DNA of 64,000 nt, from the NCBI RefSeq assembly GCF_001194135.2, contig NC_068991.1, positions 30,396,802 through 30,460,801 on the forward strand, given 5' to 3'. The notes beneath the pieces are model-generated. The model was not told the DNA's origin. It saw only the letters and a list, made by a program, of their open reading frames with translations, and ran no database searches. Positions 14,609 to 27,416 of the stretch are shown here, piece after piece (within the stretch, counting starts at the first letter, position 1; the number at the start of each line of letters is the position of its first letter). The translations under genes were made by a program, and so were the position numbers. This DNA is from Octopus bimaculoides (Eukaryota).

Positions 14609-15421
14609 TGTGTGTGNNNNNNNNNNNNNNNNNNNNNNNNNNNNNNNNNNNNNNNNNNNNNNNNNNNNNNNNNNNNNNNNNNNNNNNNNNNNNNNNNNNN
14701 NNNNNNNNNNNNNNNNNNNNNNNNNNNNNNNNNNNNNNNNNNNNNNNNNNNNNNNNNNNNNNNNNNNNNNNNNNNNNNNNNNNNNNNNNNNNNNNNNNNN
14801 NNNNNNNNNNNNNNNNNNNNNNNNNNNNNNNNNNNNNNNNNNNNNNNNNNNNNNNNNNNNNNNNNNNNNNNNNNNNNNNNNNNNNNNNNNNNNNNNNNNN
14901 NNNNNNNNNNNNNNNNNNNNNNNNNNNNNNNNNNNNNNNNNNNNNNNNNNNNNNNNNNNNNNNNNNNNNNNNNNNNNNNNNNNNNNNNNNNNNNNNNNNN
15001 NNNNNNNNNNNNNNNNNNNNNNNNNNNNNNNNNNNNNNNNNNNNNNNNNNNNNNNNNNNNNNNNNNNNNNNNNNNNNNNNNNNNNNNNNNNNNNNNNNNN
15101 NNNNNNNNNNNNNNNNNNNNNNNNNNNNNNNNNNNNNNNNNNNNNNNNNNNNNNNNNNNNNNNNNNNNNNNNNNNNNNNNNNNNNATATATATATATATA
15201 TATATAACAGATACTTTGCTTAGGAAATTTTGAAATGTTGGTGTAATGCACAAAAGCAATAAAGGAAAATTGAAAAACGGTGGAATAACATTTAACATGA
15301 CACCACACGTGTATACTTACACACATACATAAACATATACATACACATACACACATATCCTCATGCATACATGTACATACTTACGTACATTCATACATAT
15401 ATACATACATACATACATACA

Positions 15422-15455
<34 letters not shown>

Positions 15456-15901
15456 ATCTATGACGACCACCCTAGCTGTTATAATTCAAAACGTATCTCG
15501 ATTTAACTTCTCATACTTCTCAAGAACATACTTGAAATTTTAGATTACGCCAAGTCTGAGTGTCAGAAGAATTTAGAACAGAGTCGTGAAGAGAAGGAAT
15601 TTTCTTCATGTTTTTGGTATTTTTGATTCTTTGTTTCGCTTTTCGCTTTGCGTCTGTATTGTTTGGGTTTTTTAATTTCTCTGGCTGGTCTATCTTTAGA
15701 CAGTGTTTATGTACGTATATATATATATTTATATATTATTTAAATGTATATAGGTGTTTATGCACATATAATGATACATGTATTATATAAATGTATATAA
15801 ATGTATGTTAGGAAGTGTTTACGTATGTATATTCGCATATGCATGCATGTATGCTTATATATTTTTATACACACACCACACACACACAGGCACACACACA
15901 C

Positions 15902-15964
<63 letters not shown>

Positions 15965-15966
15965 TA

Positions 15967-16438
15967 TATAATGGGGGGCAAGGTTCTCGATATCGGTTGA
16001 ATATCGCCTTCTCCCATTAATTTCTTATTCTTCGTGTTGCTTAAGGCTCCAGCAGTCGAGTAAAGAAGTATTAGGCAAAACGCAGGTTCTCCATTAGTTT
16101 TATTTACAATATATACAAGGGTGTCGTACGTTGCTCTCTGCAGCCATCTCATGCGGTGTGAATTCGTCGTTCTCCGTTACGCGGGCCCATTGCCTCAGGA
16201 GATACGACAAGCGGACTAGCCTAGAAATCCAGCCAGTGAAGTGTGCTCTACCAGCGGTCGCAGGGAAAAGAGAGGTCGAATCTGGTTGCTTGGCTGTTTT
16301 ATCCAGTTTGCCATTGCGAGCCATCGTGATCTCGCGCATGGTAAATGGATGCAGTTGAGATCCCGCTCCAGTCTCGGAGATGGCAATGGCTACCGCGAGA
16401 TCTCATCCAACATGGTGCTGACTGCTTGTGCCGCTACA
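15967..16438 (-). mobile_element. Probable solo LTR (472 bp) inserted in a (CA)n/(TA)n tract
   Basis: GC-rich island; minus strand starts TGTAGCGG and ends CCCATTATA (TGTA...TACA with one change); AATAAA at 16098-16103; no clean TSD. Confidence 0.5.
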
Positions 16439-16460
16439 CACATATATATATATATATATA

Positions 16461-16733
16461 TCTTTTATTTCTTGTTTCAGTCTTTAAACTGTGGTCATGC
16501 TGGGGTATTTTTAGTCGAATGAATCAATTCCAGTAATTAATTTTTTTGCTAAGCCTGGCACTTATCCTATCGTACTCTTTTGCCGAACCGCTAAGTTACG
16601 GACACGTAAACACACCAACACCGGTTGTCAAGTTGTACTGGGGGGGTGCACAGACACAAGGACACACACACACACACATACATACATACATACATACATA
16701 CATACATACATACATACATACATACATACATAC

Positions 16734-16782
<49 letters not shown>

Positions 16783-16914
16783 TACATACGACAGGCCTCT
16801 TTCAGTTTCTGTTTCCTCTCCCAATTCCAGCCACAAAGTTTTGGTCTGTCCGAAGCTATAGCAGAAGATACTTGCCGAAGGTGCCACGCTGTGGGACTGA
16901 ACCTGGAACCATGT
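16461..16914 (-). mobile_element. SINE family B copy (head truncated)
   Basis: Colinear with 11138-11599; internal (CA)(TACA)(TA) tract ~16660-16788. Confidence 0.88.
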
Positions 16915-17345
16915 GTGTGTTTGTGTATGTGTGTGTGTATGTGTGTGTGTGTGTGTGCGTGTGTATGTGTGTGTGTGTAAAACCGTTTATTTGTATAAGA
17001 ATGAATATCTGTATTCACATGTGTACTATCTGTGCACTTAGAAATGTGTATACATATGTATATATACGATTATCTCTAGATTTGTATAGACGCACACATT
17101 TATGTTCATACATCCACACACATATATGTGCACCCACATACGCACAAACACGTTATTACTAGTGCCCATGCTTCCAATTAAGCCTCTTCTAGGAACATAT
17201 TGTTAGGCAGTTATGTTCATTAGAAATCTTGATAAATAAGGGTGCGGTTACCACATTAAACAGTTATATACTTTCGTGTATGTCTTGGTATTGTTGGACC
17301 ATACAGCATCTTGTTTCTATTTCAATTACTTGTTACTATTATAAT

Positions 17346-18425
17346 TTCATACCAATGAGGAGGAATGATTTTTATCTGAAGTCTTTCAGTATTATGTCTG
17401 GCCTATTCGCATCTATCTTTCTGTCAGTTTGAATTGTGAAGTTCCAGAGGAGTGAGATGTGATCGTTTTCAAGCACTGGAGGTGGTTTGTGTTCCCACCA
17501 GTTTTTATCATGGGGCAGGTTGAGGTTTTTGCAAAGTACCTAGTGAATATATTGTGCTGCTCTATCATGCCAGTTGAGATACTCTGCAGCCGCAAGAAGA
17601 CTGCACATGGAGACATGATCAATGGTTTCATTTTGTTGTTGACATACACGACATGTTGGGAAGCTGCCGTTCTTTAATATGTTGGCCAGGTAGTTCCTTG
17701 TAGGTAGACATTGATCTTCGGCTGCTATGATAAACTCTTCTGTTTCTGATTTTCAGCCAGAAGTCATTAACCATTGATGAGTAAGGGCTTTGTCAACATC
17801 GGCACTATTAGCTCTTTTTGAGTATTTGCCATTCAGAGGTTATTCTTGCCATTTATCAGTAAGAATATCTAAGGCAGCAGATTAGCACGGGTTTTCATAC
17901 TCTTAGCTTTTTCTGTGCTTGTTTCTGGTACGTTTAATTCTGGAATTTGTTGTATTTGGAATTCACTTAGATATTCCTTTGCCTGGTTTGTTACTGAGTA
18001 CGATGCTTTCTTGTTTTCTTGCTTTGAAACAAGTTTTAACATCCAGTCATCAGAGTTTTTCAGGTCGGTCTTGAGGCCAATTGTGGCAATCTTCATTGTT
18101 AATTCCAGTTGTAAAATCCACGGCTACCTTCTTTTCTTGGCAGGTAAATGCATTCTATGCATTGTCAACAATTTTCGTATTTTTTTTTGTCAAGGTTACA
18201 TATTTCAGTAATTGACCAGTTAATGATGTTGAATCTGTAAGTCACGACCGGTATGACTAAAGTATTGGTCGCTTCGATCCTATTTCTTGCATTCATCTCT
18301 GTCTTGAGTATTGTCCTTACCCTACGATAACATTTTCTTCTGATCCATTCCCTCATCACTGAATGTTTGATTCCGCCCCCTTCAAATACCCCTAAGTACT
18401 CGAAAACAATAAATTTGTTCCTTTC
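17346..18425 (-). mobile_element. R4/Dong-clade non-LTR retrotransposon relic (late RT/thumb, CCHC finger, restriction-like endonuclease)
   Basis: Minus-strand translation: YLG..EGGGIKH..RRVRTILKTEMNARNRIEATNTLVIPVVTY; WQE*PLNGKY; TCRVCQQQNETIDHVSMC; TIQTDRKIDANRPDIILKD; multiple stops and frameshifts. Confidence 0.88.
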
Positions 18426-18429
18426 CCAA

Positions 18430-18960
18430 AAATGAAGGTTTTTCAAATGTCTACAAAAACCACAGAAGTCACTCACTTTGTATCACCCAACCAGAAATGA
18501 ATTACCCCTAGAAAGATGACTAAAAATTATAACTTCTCACATGAACATTCAGAACAAATTTTATCACCCAATAGGTTCCGCATTTGAAGTGAAGATTTCG
18601 AACAAAGCCCAAACAGTAGTCAGGAATCTAATGAGAAAAAACTCTGAAAACCACTTGCCCGAGAAAAACCATCACTCTAGGGAATAAGTCGGTCATAAAT
18701 TTATCTAAACTAAAACTTTCGCCCGACGATGTCTCAATCTTAGAGCTTGGACTGAGCATTTTCCCAAGTACTAAGAATTTCGGCAAGAATGAACTAGCTC
18801 AAGGGCTATTTCAGTTTGTCCGCCGTCACAAGCTGAAAGAATATTTTTTTGAAAAAATTGGCAACGAGGAGTCAGAAAACCCTATGCTTACTGAAAATAA
18901 AAAGGATGATGATCGAATCTGGCATAATTGGATTGAAAAGAATCCCAATTGGTATCCAGA
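18430..18960 (+). mobile_element. Penelope-like element N-terminal (pre-RT) fragment
   Basis: Frame from 18662: RKTITLGNKSVINLSKLKLSPDDVSILELGLSIFPSTKNFGKNELAQGLFQFVRRHKLKEYFF, the VINLS..LS..E..LL..GL.F.P pattern typical of PLE N-termini. Confidence 0.7.
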
Positions 18961-19650
18961 TAAATTGTGCGCAGAGCGACAAAACCGTTCTGCACGCACT
19001 CGTCCAGTGTCCTTGCATTACTGATTTGTGGAGTTATGTTGAACAGCTGTTATCACGTGTAGGACGGATCCGGCAATCGGCCGATTCGATAGTGAAGATC
19101 TATCCGCCGCCTTCCATTGGTCCAGAAGAGCAGGCTATTTTCCTGCCTGAGAGCAGTAGCGAAAGAGATTGCATGGTGGACTAGGTTGAAAGGACTGAAG
19201 ACTGACACTTTTCTCTTCGGCCAATTCCTCATCAACTTTTTCAGATTTCACTTGTAAAAGAAGATGAGGGGGAAGAGAGAAGTGCTACCTTCCATTACAT
19301 TTGCTAAAAGGTGGGTGAATGTAGCGAAAATATCACGTTTGTGTGTGGACCTACTCTAGTAATGCGCCTGTAGGTTAGTAAATTTGAGAGGGAGAAGGGT
19401 GCCCTTCCCAGATGCCCTCGAAGTGTCGAATGGTCCAGGATTGGTGGGGTACCTGAGCCAACTCCAGATGGCTACCCCCATACCACCACCACTACTGGAG
19501 AACTTTCATTGTTATATTCTTTTTGTTTGATATTATTGTTATTGTTTTAATTGTATACTCGTTGTTTTGTGTAAAATCCCCGCTGTCCTTGTCTACTGTA
19601 TTTATCCCCTATATATCGGCCCTGGTGGCCAATAAAGGAAATAATAATAA
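18961..19650 (+). mobile_element. L1/Tx1-clade LINE 3' end (ORF2 C-terminal Zn-finger region, 3'UTR, AATAAA, (AAT)n tail)
   Basis: CAQSDKTVLHALVQCPCITDLW..; frameshifted AKEIAWWTRLKGLKT..FINFFRFHL..RWVNVAK; GGCCAATAAAGGAAATAATAAT at ~19628-19650. Confidence 0.82.
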
Positions 19651-19865
19651 TAATTATTATTATTATTATTGTTATTATTATTATCGCCTAGCTGGAGGTG
19701 TGATTTTGGAGCGCTGTAAGTTTATGTTTAATTCACTTGTTTTAAAATGTTCTATACTGTATTTTGTTAGTTAAATCGTTTTGCAAGCTAGCTGTCCTTC
19801 TGGGGGTGATACAAACCTTTTTGTTTTCAAATTCCTTTCAAAATTTGCTTCGAAGAAAGTAAACA

Positions 19866-21690
19866 TTGAAGATGGCGACGAAAAGCTGGAGTGAGGAAAG
19901 AAGGTGGTACGGCAATTTGCATGAGGACTTCCCTGTCCTCCCCACCACGATTGGCAGTAGACAGCAGGAAGAAAAGAAAGAAAGAAAGAAAGAGAGAAAG
20001 AAAGGAAGAAAGAAAGAAATAAAGAAAGAAAGAAAGAAAGAAGAAGAAGAAGAAGAAGAAGAAGAAGAAGAAGAAGAAGAAGAAGAAGAGAGGCAAAAAG
20101 AGGAAAAGCAGAAAGAAGACGAGAGGAAGGAAGGAGTAAAATCTTCCTCACTACATGAAAATCGTAGTTGTACGCAAGACAATATTGAAAACAACTGCGA
20201 CGAAGAATCTAACAAAAGTGGAGTTAGCTGTAGGCAGTTAGCTAAGGAATTGGTTAACATCTCATTGGAGAACAAGATAGAGAAACTAAATAAGACGGCA
20301 AAATATATAAAAATGAATGGAAGGCGAGCTGAATTAACGCTTCCAAACGACGTGTTAGAAGCAACAGCCAAAGGGACCGTTGTATGCAGGTGCATGAACA
20401 CAAAGACAAGGAAACTCGAAAATGCTAAATCCGACCAGGTGGAAAAAGCCTTGAAAGACATGGCAAGATATCCACCACATTGCAAGAACGAGGCAGTACG
20501 GCGAAGTAGAGGTCCTTTTTAAGACCGAGGAGCAGGCGATACAGAACTCGGTGACCACGCATCGCACCGAGGAAATCACTTTCTTCCCAACGTACATGGG
20601 AAGAACGGCGGTACGAATGATGGTACCTGGAATACCACAAGGATTGGATTTAAGATGGTTTCTCGCCTGTGTTTGTACGAACGGCGGGCAAAATCTCATG
20701 GATGTTAAAAGATCGACGAGGAAGAATTGGGTTGGGACTACCTTGGAGGTTCTTCTCCACGTGAAGCCAAAGCAATTAGACAAAGTCCTAGACCTGATTT
20801 CGCTCTCGAATTGAATAGAACTAAGGGTGAACGTGGAGGGCAGAAGGCCGAGGTGCCACGATTGTGGTTCAACGGCCCACTTACGGCTTCATTGCTCACA
20901 GAACCAGAAGAAAAGGGCAGAAAGAAATGTCCAAATGAAAGCACCACAAACCATGAGTCGACAAAACAACAAGAACAACAACGACGACAACAGAAAGGCA
21001 GGGAGAATAGAAACAGAAATTGAACCCAAAGATACAAAACAGGCAGGTGTTACAGAAAAGGTGACAATTGGAGTAGCACCAGCAGCAGAGGTGGAAGCTA
21101 CAGTAGCAGGAGCAATAATAGCAACAACAACAACGACAAGAGAACCAGAACAAATAACACTAGAAGAAAACATACAAGACACGGTCTCCTCCACGTATCC
21201 AAGTGATGATGAGGGGAAAGCGCAAAATGCAAAAAAAAAGAGAGAGACACAGAAAAACGGAAGAAATCCAAGAAACAGCAAACACAGACACACCGATGAC
21301 AACGCCAACATTATAAACACCACAAACACCAAGACCATCACAAACATCCACAACACATTCAAAGACACAACAAACTTAAAAAAAAAACTGTCACTACAAC
21401 AACAACAACAACAACAATCAGCCGCACAGCAGCGGAAATTAGTGCTAGTGACGAGGGCTAATGAAAAGCTGATAGCCCTCATAGCACAAAACGAGAACAC
21501 TGAGACAGAGGGGATGATCTGCAGCTCCAACACATTTAGAGTACCGGGGAGCCTAATGACGGTGCGAATGATATTAGAGACTTATACGAGCATTAAGCGG
21601 AGCTTTCTGTGTAACGGCCAGCAGATGGCTGTTAAGGGGGTTTCCGAAACAGACAGGGTGGGAGAACCACTTGACCGTAAACAGCACTAG
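19866..21690 (+). pseudogene. LINE ORF1 (gag-like nucleic-acid-binding protein) with a CX2CX4HX4C knuckle; frameshift ~20500 and stop ~20812
   Basis: ORFs 19866-20522, 20551-20814 and 20827-21690 stitch together: ...KALKDMARY / VEVLFKTEEQAIQ...FPTYMGR...RVNVEGRRPRCHDCGSTAHLRLHC. Confidence 0.82.
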
Positions 21691-21737
21691 AAGGGTAAGT
21701 GACACTCCCTGTTTTCCTTCTTTATTTCCTGGCCAGC

Positions 21738-23565
21738 ATGGTGGTTCTTAAAGTAGGGTGTATAAATGTACGTGGCCTGGGGTCGTCGTGGAAGCAAAGG
21801 CGCTTGCGCAACAAACTCAAGTGGCTAAGTTTGAATGTAACAGCCACCAGTGAGACTAGGATCGCGGACACACGGGCCTTGGCTCCTGTTTTTGATGACT
21901 GAGATTTTCGCATCTCTTAGTAGATCGGGAATGGGGGGTGGGTGACAATGTTGTTCAGAAATGGCTTGGATCTCGAGATATGGTCGGTCTTCTTGGACCG
22001 GAAGGTAAGTCGGTGGTCCTGGACGTGAATGATAACGAAAGCAGTGCTTTTAGTCTGGTTGCAGTGTACGCACCGACTGGTGTGGGGCAGCCGGAGTTCT
22101 TCAAACGCCTAGAGGCCTTTCTAGGGACGTCTCGCTCTTTAGTGCTAGTGGACGATTGGAACGCCATTTTGGATGCACGTGTGGATTTGGTGGGGCTAGC
22201 AGATAAACATGTGGGGTGCGCAAGCTTCGCAAGCCTGTTCAGCCGTTTCCAGCTAGCGAACAGGTTCAGACTGGATTTTCCGAACACTCGAGTGTGAACA
22301 TGGGCAAACAGTGTCGGGTCATCCAGATCTTATCTAGATAGGATATTTTGTAGGCCAGCAGATAGGAGTAGCATAGGGTGTTCACAATTTAAATTCGTCA
22401 ACTACATAGACCACAAATTTGTGAGCTGTACGGTTGACCTAGATAGGTTTCATAGGCAGGGACCCGGATACTGAAAGCTGAACGCATCCTTCCCGCCATG
22501 TCAAGCTTTCAGAGACCGGCTTAGCAAGTTAGTCCATCGAAAGTTGACGGGTGCAGTCGTCAGCAACCGATGGTGGGGTGGGAGGTTAAAACGTGCGATT
22601 AAAGTTGGAGCTGTAGAACTTAGCAGAGAACAAGTAAAAGAGAAGACTAGAGTAGAGGGAGACATAGTTAGGAAATTAAAAGAGGCGCTCAGTAGAGGCA
22701 TAATGACCAAGGTGCTGGCAGCAAGATTGGTTCTGAACCAATTTTCTAAGGCTAAGCATGAAGGTTGCATTGTCAGAACTAGGGCGTGTGCTCTAAAGCT
22801 GGAGGGAACGGAAGCTGTTCGACGGACCCAGGTGGCCGAGGCGCAACGTTTTGATTAAACTACAATTCGGTCTTTGAGGGGTCGAGACGGGCGCATGCTA
22901 CACGAATCGACACACACGTGTGCGGAATTTCAGCAGCATTTTGTTGAACTGTACGGGGTGTGCTGTGGTCCGAAGGCGGAGGTGAACTTCACTTCCTACC
23001 TTGATGGTATAGCGCGGCTTTCGGTCAGGGACGTGGAGTTCTGCGAAATGCCAATGACAGCTGAAGATATACGCGACGCGTTGGCTAGTTGCATGAAGGA
23101 GAGGTCTCCGGGATTGGATGATCTGCCCTTCCAGCTTTATATACATATGTCAGACTTGTTTGGTAAGCTTTTAGTAGATGTTTACCACAACTGGCATCAG
23201 AATGGGAGAATACCGGGATCTGAGAGCCGAACATCGTTGATAACTTTAGGCCGGTAACTCTGCTAAATACAGATTACAAAATTTTGGGCAAGGTGTTAGC
23301 AAAGAGGTTGGTGCATGTTATTGACAGACTGGTGGGTGATGCGCAGTTTTGCGCTATCCCCAGCAGAACTATACACGACAACCTCCACGTCACACGATAC
23401 ATCATAGAGAGGGTTGATAAAGAACCTGGCATGGGCGTGGCCCTGATACATTTAGATCAATCGAAAGCTTTTGATAGGGTAGACCGTCTGTACTTGGAAG
23501 CTGTCCTCAAGGCAGCTAGTTTCGGTCCAGTTTTCAGAGGCTGGATCACTGCAATGTACAGCGGT
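21738..23565 (+). pseudogene. LINE ORF2: AP endonuclease plus N-terminal half of reverse transcriptase, disrupted
   Basis: MVVLKVGCINVRGLG, SETR, LVAVYAP, DDWNAILD, SYLDRI, DHKFV, SPGLDDLP, RPVTLLNTDYKILGKVLAKRL, LIHLDQSKAFDRVD; several stops and frameshifts. Confidence 0.92.
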
Positions 23566-23645
23566 GCTCAACTGGTACTTATTTTATCGACCCAGAATTG
23601 ATAAGAGCAACGTCAACCTCGAAATGCTGCAAAGCATTGTTCCCG
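23566..23645 (-). mobile_element. SINE family A fragment at the LINE truncation point
   Basis: GTGCTCAACTGGTACTTATTTTATCGACCC matches the family A core. Confidence 0.7.
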
Positions 23646-24513
23646 GCATGTTAAGAATTCAAGCCGCTCACTGCCTCATCCTCTGCTTTAATATGAGAGA
23701 AAACCACAAAAGCTTGCAGCAAGATTACGTCGAACTTATTTCTTGGCAGTTGTTTTCAATTGAGTTCCACACCCTATCAACGCAACCAATAGACCGACAA
23801 ATTTCTCAAGAAACATAAGGAATATATATATATATATATANNNNNNNNNNNNNNNNNNNNNNNNNNNNNNNNNNNNNNNNNNNNNNNNNNNNNNNNNNNN
23901 NNNNNNNNNNNNNNNNNNNNNNNNNNNNNNNNNNNNNNNNNNNNNNNNNNNNNNNNNNNNNNNNNNNNNNNNNNNNNNNNNNNNNNNNNNNNNNNNNNNN
24001 NNNNNNNNNNNNNNNNNNNNNNNNNNNNNNNNNNNNNNNNNNNNNNNNNNNNNNNNNNNNNNNNNNNNNNNNNNNNNNNNNNNNNNNNNNNNNNNNNNNN
24101 NNNNNNNNNNNNNNNNNNNNNNNNNNNNNNNNNNNNNNNNNNNNNNNNNNNNNNNNNNNNNNNNNNNNNNNNNNNNNNNNNNNNNNNNNNNNNNNNNNNN
24201 NNNNNNNNNNNNNNNNNNNNNNNNNNNNNNNNNNNNNNNNNNNNNNNNNNNNNNNNNNNNNNNNNNNNNNNNNNNNNNNNNNNNNNNNNNNNNNNNNNNN
24301 NNNNNNNNNNNNNNNNNNNNNNNNNNNNNNNNNNNNNNNNNNNNNNNNNNATAATATATACACATACATATGCATGCACAAAAGGTAAAACTATATATTC
24401 AAAACTTATAAACTTATTTACACATCAATATTTATGTACAGATGTATATGTATACGTGTGCCTATACACACATATAAACAGGTGTATTGTGATTATATCG
24501 TATGTTTATAAAT

Positions 24514-24563
<50 letters not shown>

Positions 24564-25046
24564 GATACATATGTATATATTTGAAGTGTGTGTTTGTGTC
24601 ATTACTGATATAAGACCGAAAAGAGCATATTGTGTAAAAGAAATATGTAAATGATAGACATTTCGAGCAACGCTGATATATAATCGTCAGTGATCATCTT
24701 TACTATGTGCTCTATTGACTTCGGTAGATCTAGCGAACATAGCGAATTGTTCTTGGTGGACCCGATGAACTTATCAAAGCTCATCTATAGGATTAATATG
24801 TGAGTGTACATATATATATATATATAAATACGTATACACTTACATATACACATACACAAATATGCATATAAATACATATATAAAAACATAAATAAAAACA
24901 CAATCACTCAGATGCACACATATACACACACTCATACATATACGTATATATATGACTATATATATATATATATATTATATGTACGAGTTAATGTATGTTT
25001 ATTTTACCTATATTCGAATTCATATTCTCCACATAAGTATTTGCAT

Positions 25047-25081
<35 letters not shown>

Positions 25082-25267
25082 TGTGTTTCAGCCAAGTGGC
25101 TGCGGTCATGCTGGTGCACCACCGTGAGTATTAGTGTTATTCTTCAAAGTCCGTCCATATATTGGTGACGTGAAGCTTGGTGTCACGAAATTTAATATTT
25201 CAGTATTAATACAAACACGTACAGGCACACGCAAATACACACTCGTATATATGCATACATACATTCA

Positions 25268-25315
<48 letters not shown>

Positions 25316-25440
25316 GCATATATATATATTTATGTACATACACCCATATATACATACCTCCACACATGTATATTCATAAGCATGTCTATGTGACTATATA
25401 CATATATAAATATATTTATGTGTATGTATGTGTGTGTGCG

Positions 25441-25543
<103 letters not shown>

Positions 25544-26947
25544 GTGTGTGCTCATATATAAAGCTATAAACAAACAAAATCTCCAAGTGTTATGATGTAG
25601 ATGTCAAATATGTTTGTAAAGTATTTTATGAACTTTATCTCAATCAAATCGACACGAATCAGCGATCCGGTTTCTATTTACAGTTTAAATTATTTTTATT
25701 TTGTAATAGAAGGTCAATAGAAGGCCGGACACATCACAACCTGCCTTTTTCTCATCCTGGTTAATTAGTTATATTTTCACCATACATATTACCAATATGG
25801 TTTTGCATTTGATTTAGTATTTCTATAAATTAGAAATTGTGGACGCATGGAATAAGGGCCTTTCTGATCTTAAAATAATTAAGAAAAGAATTATTGAAAC
25901 GTCAAACAAAAGAAACTTACAACAGTAAATTACAAAACGATACATAAGAATTGTGAAAACAGAATATTAATGTATATTATTTTGCTCCGAGCTGTTTCGC
26001 AGTCTGCCATCCTCAATGCATATGTGCGTCTGTGTATTCGTGTGCGTGAGTAGGAGGGAGAGGTAGTGAGAGAGAAAGAGAGAGAGAGAGCGTGTCCGGC
26101 ATTTCATTGACTATTCCTTTGGTAGTTACAGATGTATAAGATAGTGTTTGACATGGCGTTAATTATGTTTGTAAATTGGTCGATGTAGTACATCTCCAAC
26201 TAACAGCTGATGGACCGCCGGTTGCTATCATATTACTAGAGCTACAACTATTACTGGCTCAACTATTACTAAGTCGCATAACCTCCTCTTCCAGACCGCT
26301 TCTGATCTTCCTGCCCAAGTTACACCGCTCTACATGTACACCATTCAAAGATGACGTTCCTAGTTTTACTTCATACCAAACAGCGACTCGAAGATTTGCT
26401 TAAAACATCTATACAGTCTACTTAATGTTAAATCCTCAAATATTAGAACACATTACATGAACTGGAGCCCCTTTGAGTGAGCCCAACAAAATTGCCACAG
26501 GGATTAGAGGAATTAATCTTTCACCCGGTTTATCACAGCTATTTACTCCTTTAGTACATTTAGTAGAGTCCACCCTATTTCAAATAAACTTGGTCTGCGA
26601 ATAAATCCCATCCCCTAACCAGTCACAGCAACTCTAAAAACGGCCATAGATGCAGGTTTTCTTCATCTAAGAACACAACAAAGCAAATCTGAAAAATTAA
26701 ACCAGCTGCCCTCAACATAACAACTGCTTCAAGCTTTCATCTATCAATGTATCTTGTGTACTGAGGTCAACCTTTTCAATCGTCTGCAAACTTGCTCTGT
26801 TGACTTCTAATGTCCAAAGGTAACTACTATCGGTTCGACGAACAAACAGCATTATGCTGCCGTAGCACAGCTGGAATTTCATTTCTATATCGTGTTACTA
26901 AGGAGAGTAAGTCGTTAACATCCGCCTCTGTTAATTGAAATATGTAT

Positions 26948-27194
26948 TTATTCTTTTATTTTTTAATTGTTTCAGTCATTTGACTGCGGCCATGCTGGAG
27001 CACCACTTTGAAGGGTTTAAGCCAAACAAATCGGCCCCATGACGTTTTTAAAGCCTAGTACTTCTCCTATCGGTCACTTTTGCCGAAACGGTCCGATACG
27101 GCGACGTAAACACACCAACACTAGTTGTCAAGCGAGGATGGAGGGACAAACACAAACACAAAAGCACACACACATTTATATAAATATATATATC

Positions 27195-27254
<60 letters not shown>

Positions 27255-27416
27255 GATAGGCTTCTTTCAGTTTCCGTCTACCAAATCCACTCACAGCGCT
27301 TTGCTAGGCCTAAGGCTATAGTAGAAGACACTTTCCCAAGGTGCCACGCAGTGGGATTGAACCCGGAATCATGTGGTTGGGAGGCAAGCTGCTTACCATA
27401 GAGCCACGCCTGCACC
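26948..27416 (-). mobile_element. SINE family B, full length
   Basis: Colinear with 11138-11599; internal (TA)n ~27176-27253. Confidence 0.9.

Larger units (their letters stand above)
19686..23565 (+). mobile_element. L1/Tx1-clade LINE, 5'UTR + ORF1 + ORF2 (APE-RT), 3'-truncated and inactivated
   Basis: Two-ORF layout: ORF1 with a CCHC knuckle, ORF2 with APE and RT motifs; ends abruptly at a SINE fragment. Confidence 0.92.

Noticed and set aside
19866-23565. Potentially active full-length LINE
   Set aside because: Multiple stops and frameshifts in both ORFs, and RT is truncated before the YADD motif
26150-26900. Repeat-free, moderately GC-rich stretch with short ORFs
   Set aside because: No recognisable protein motif, termini or splice pair in any frame; cannot be supported without a search
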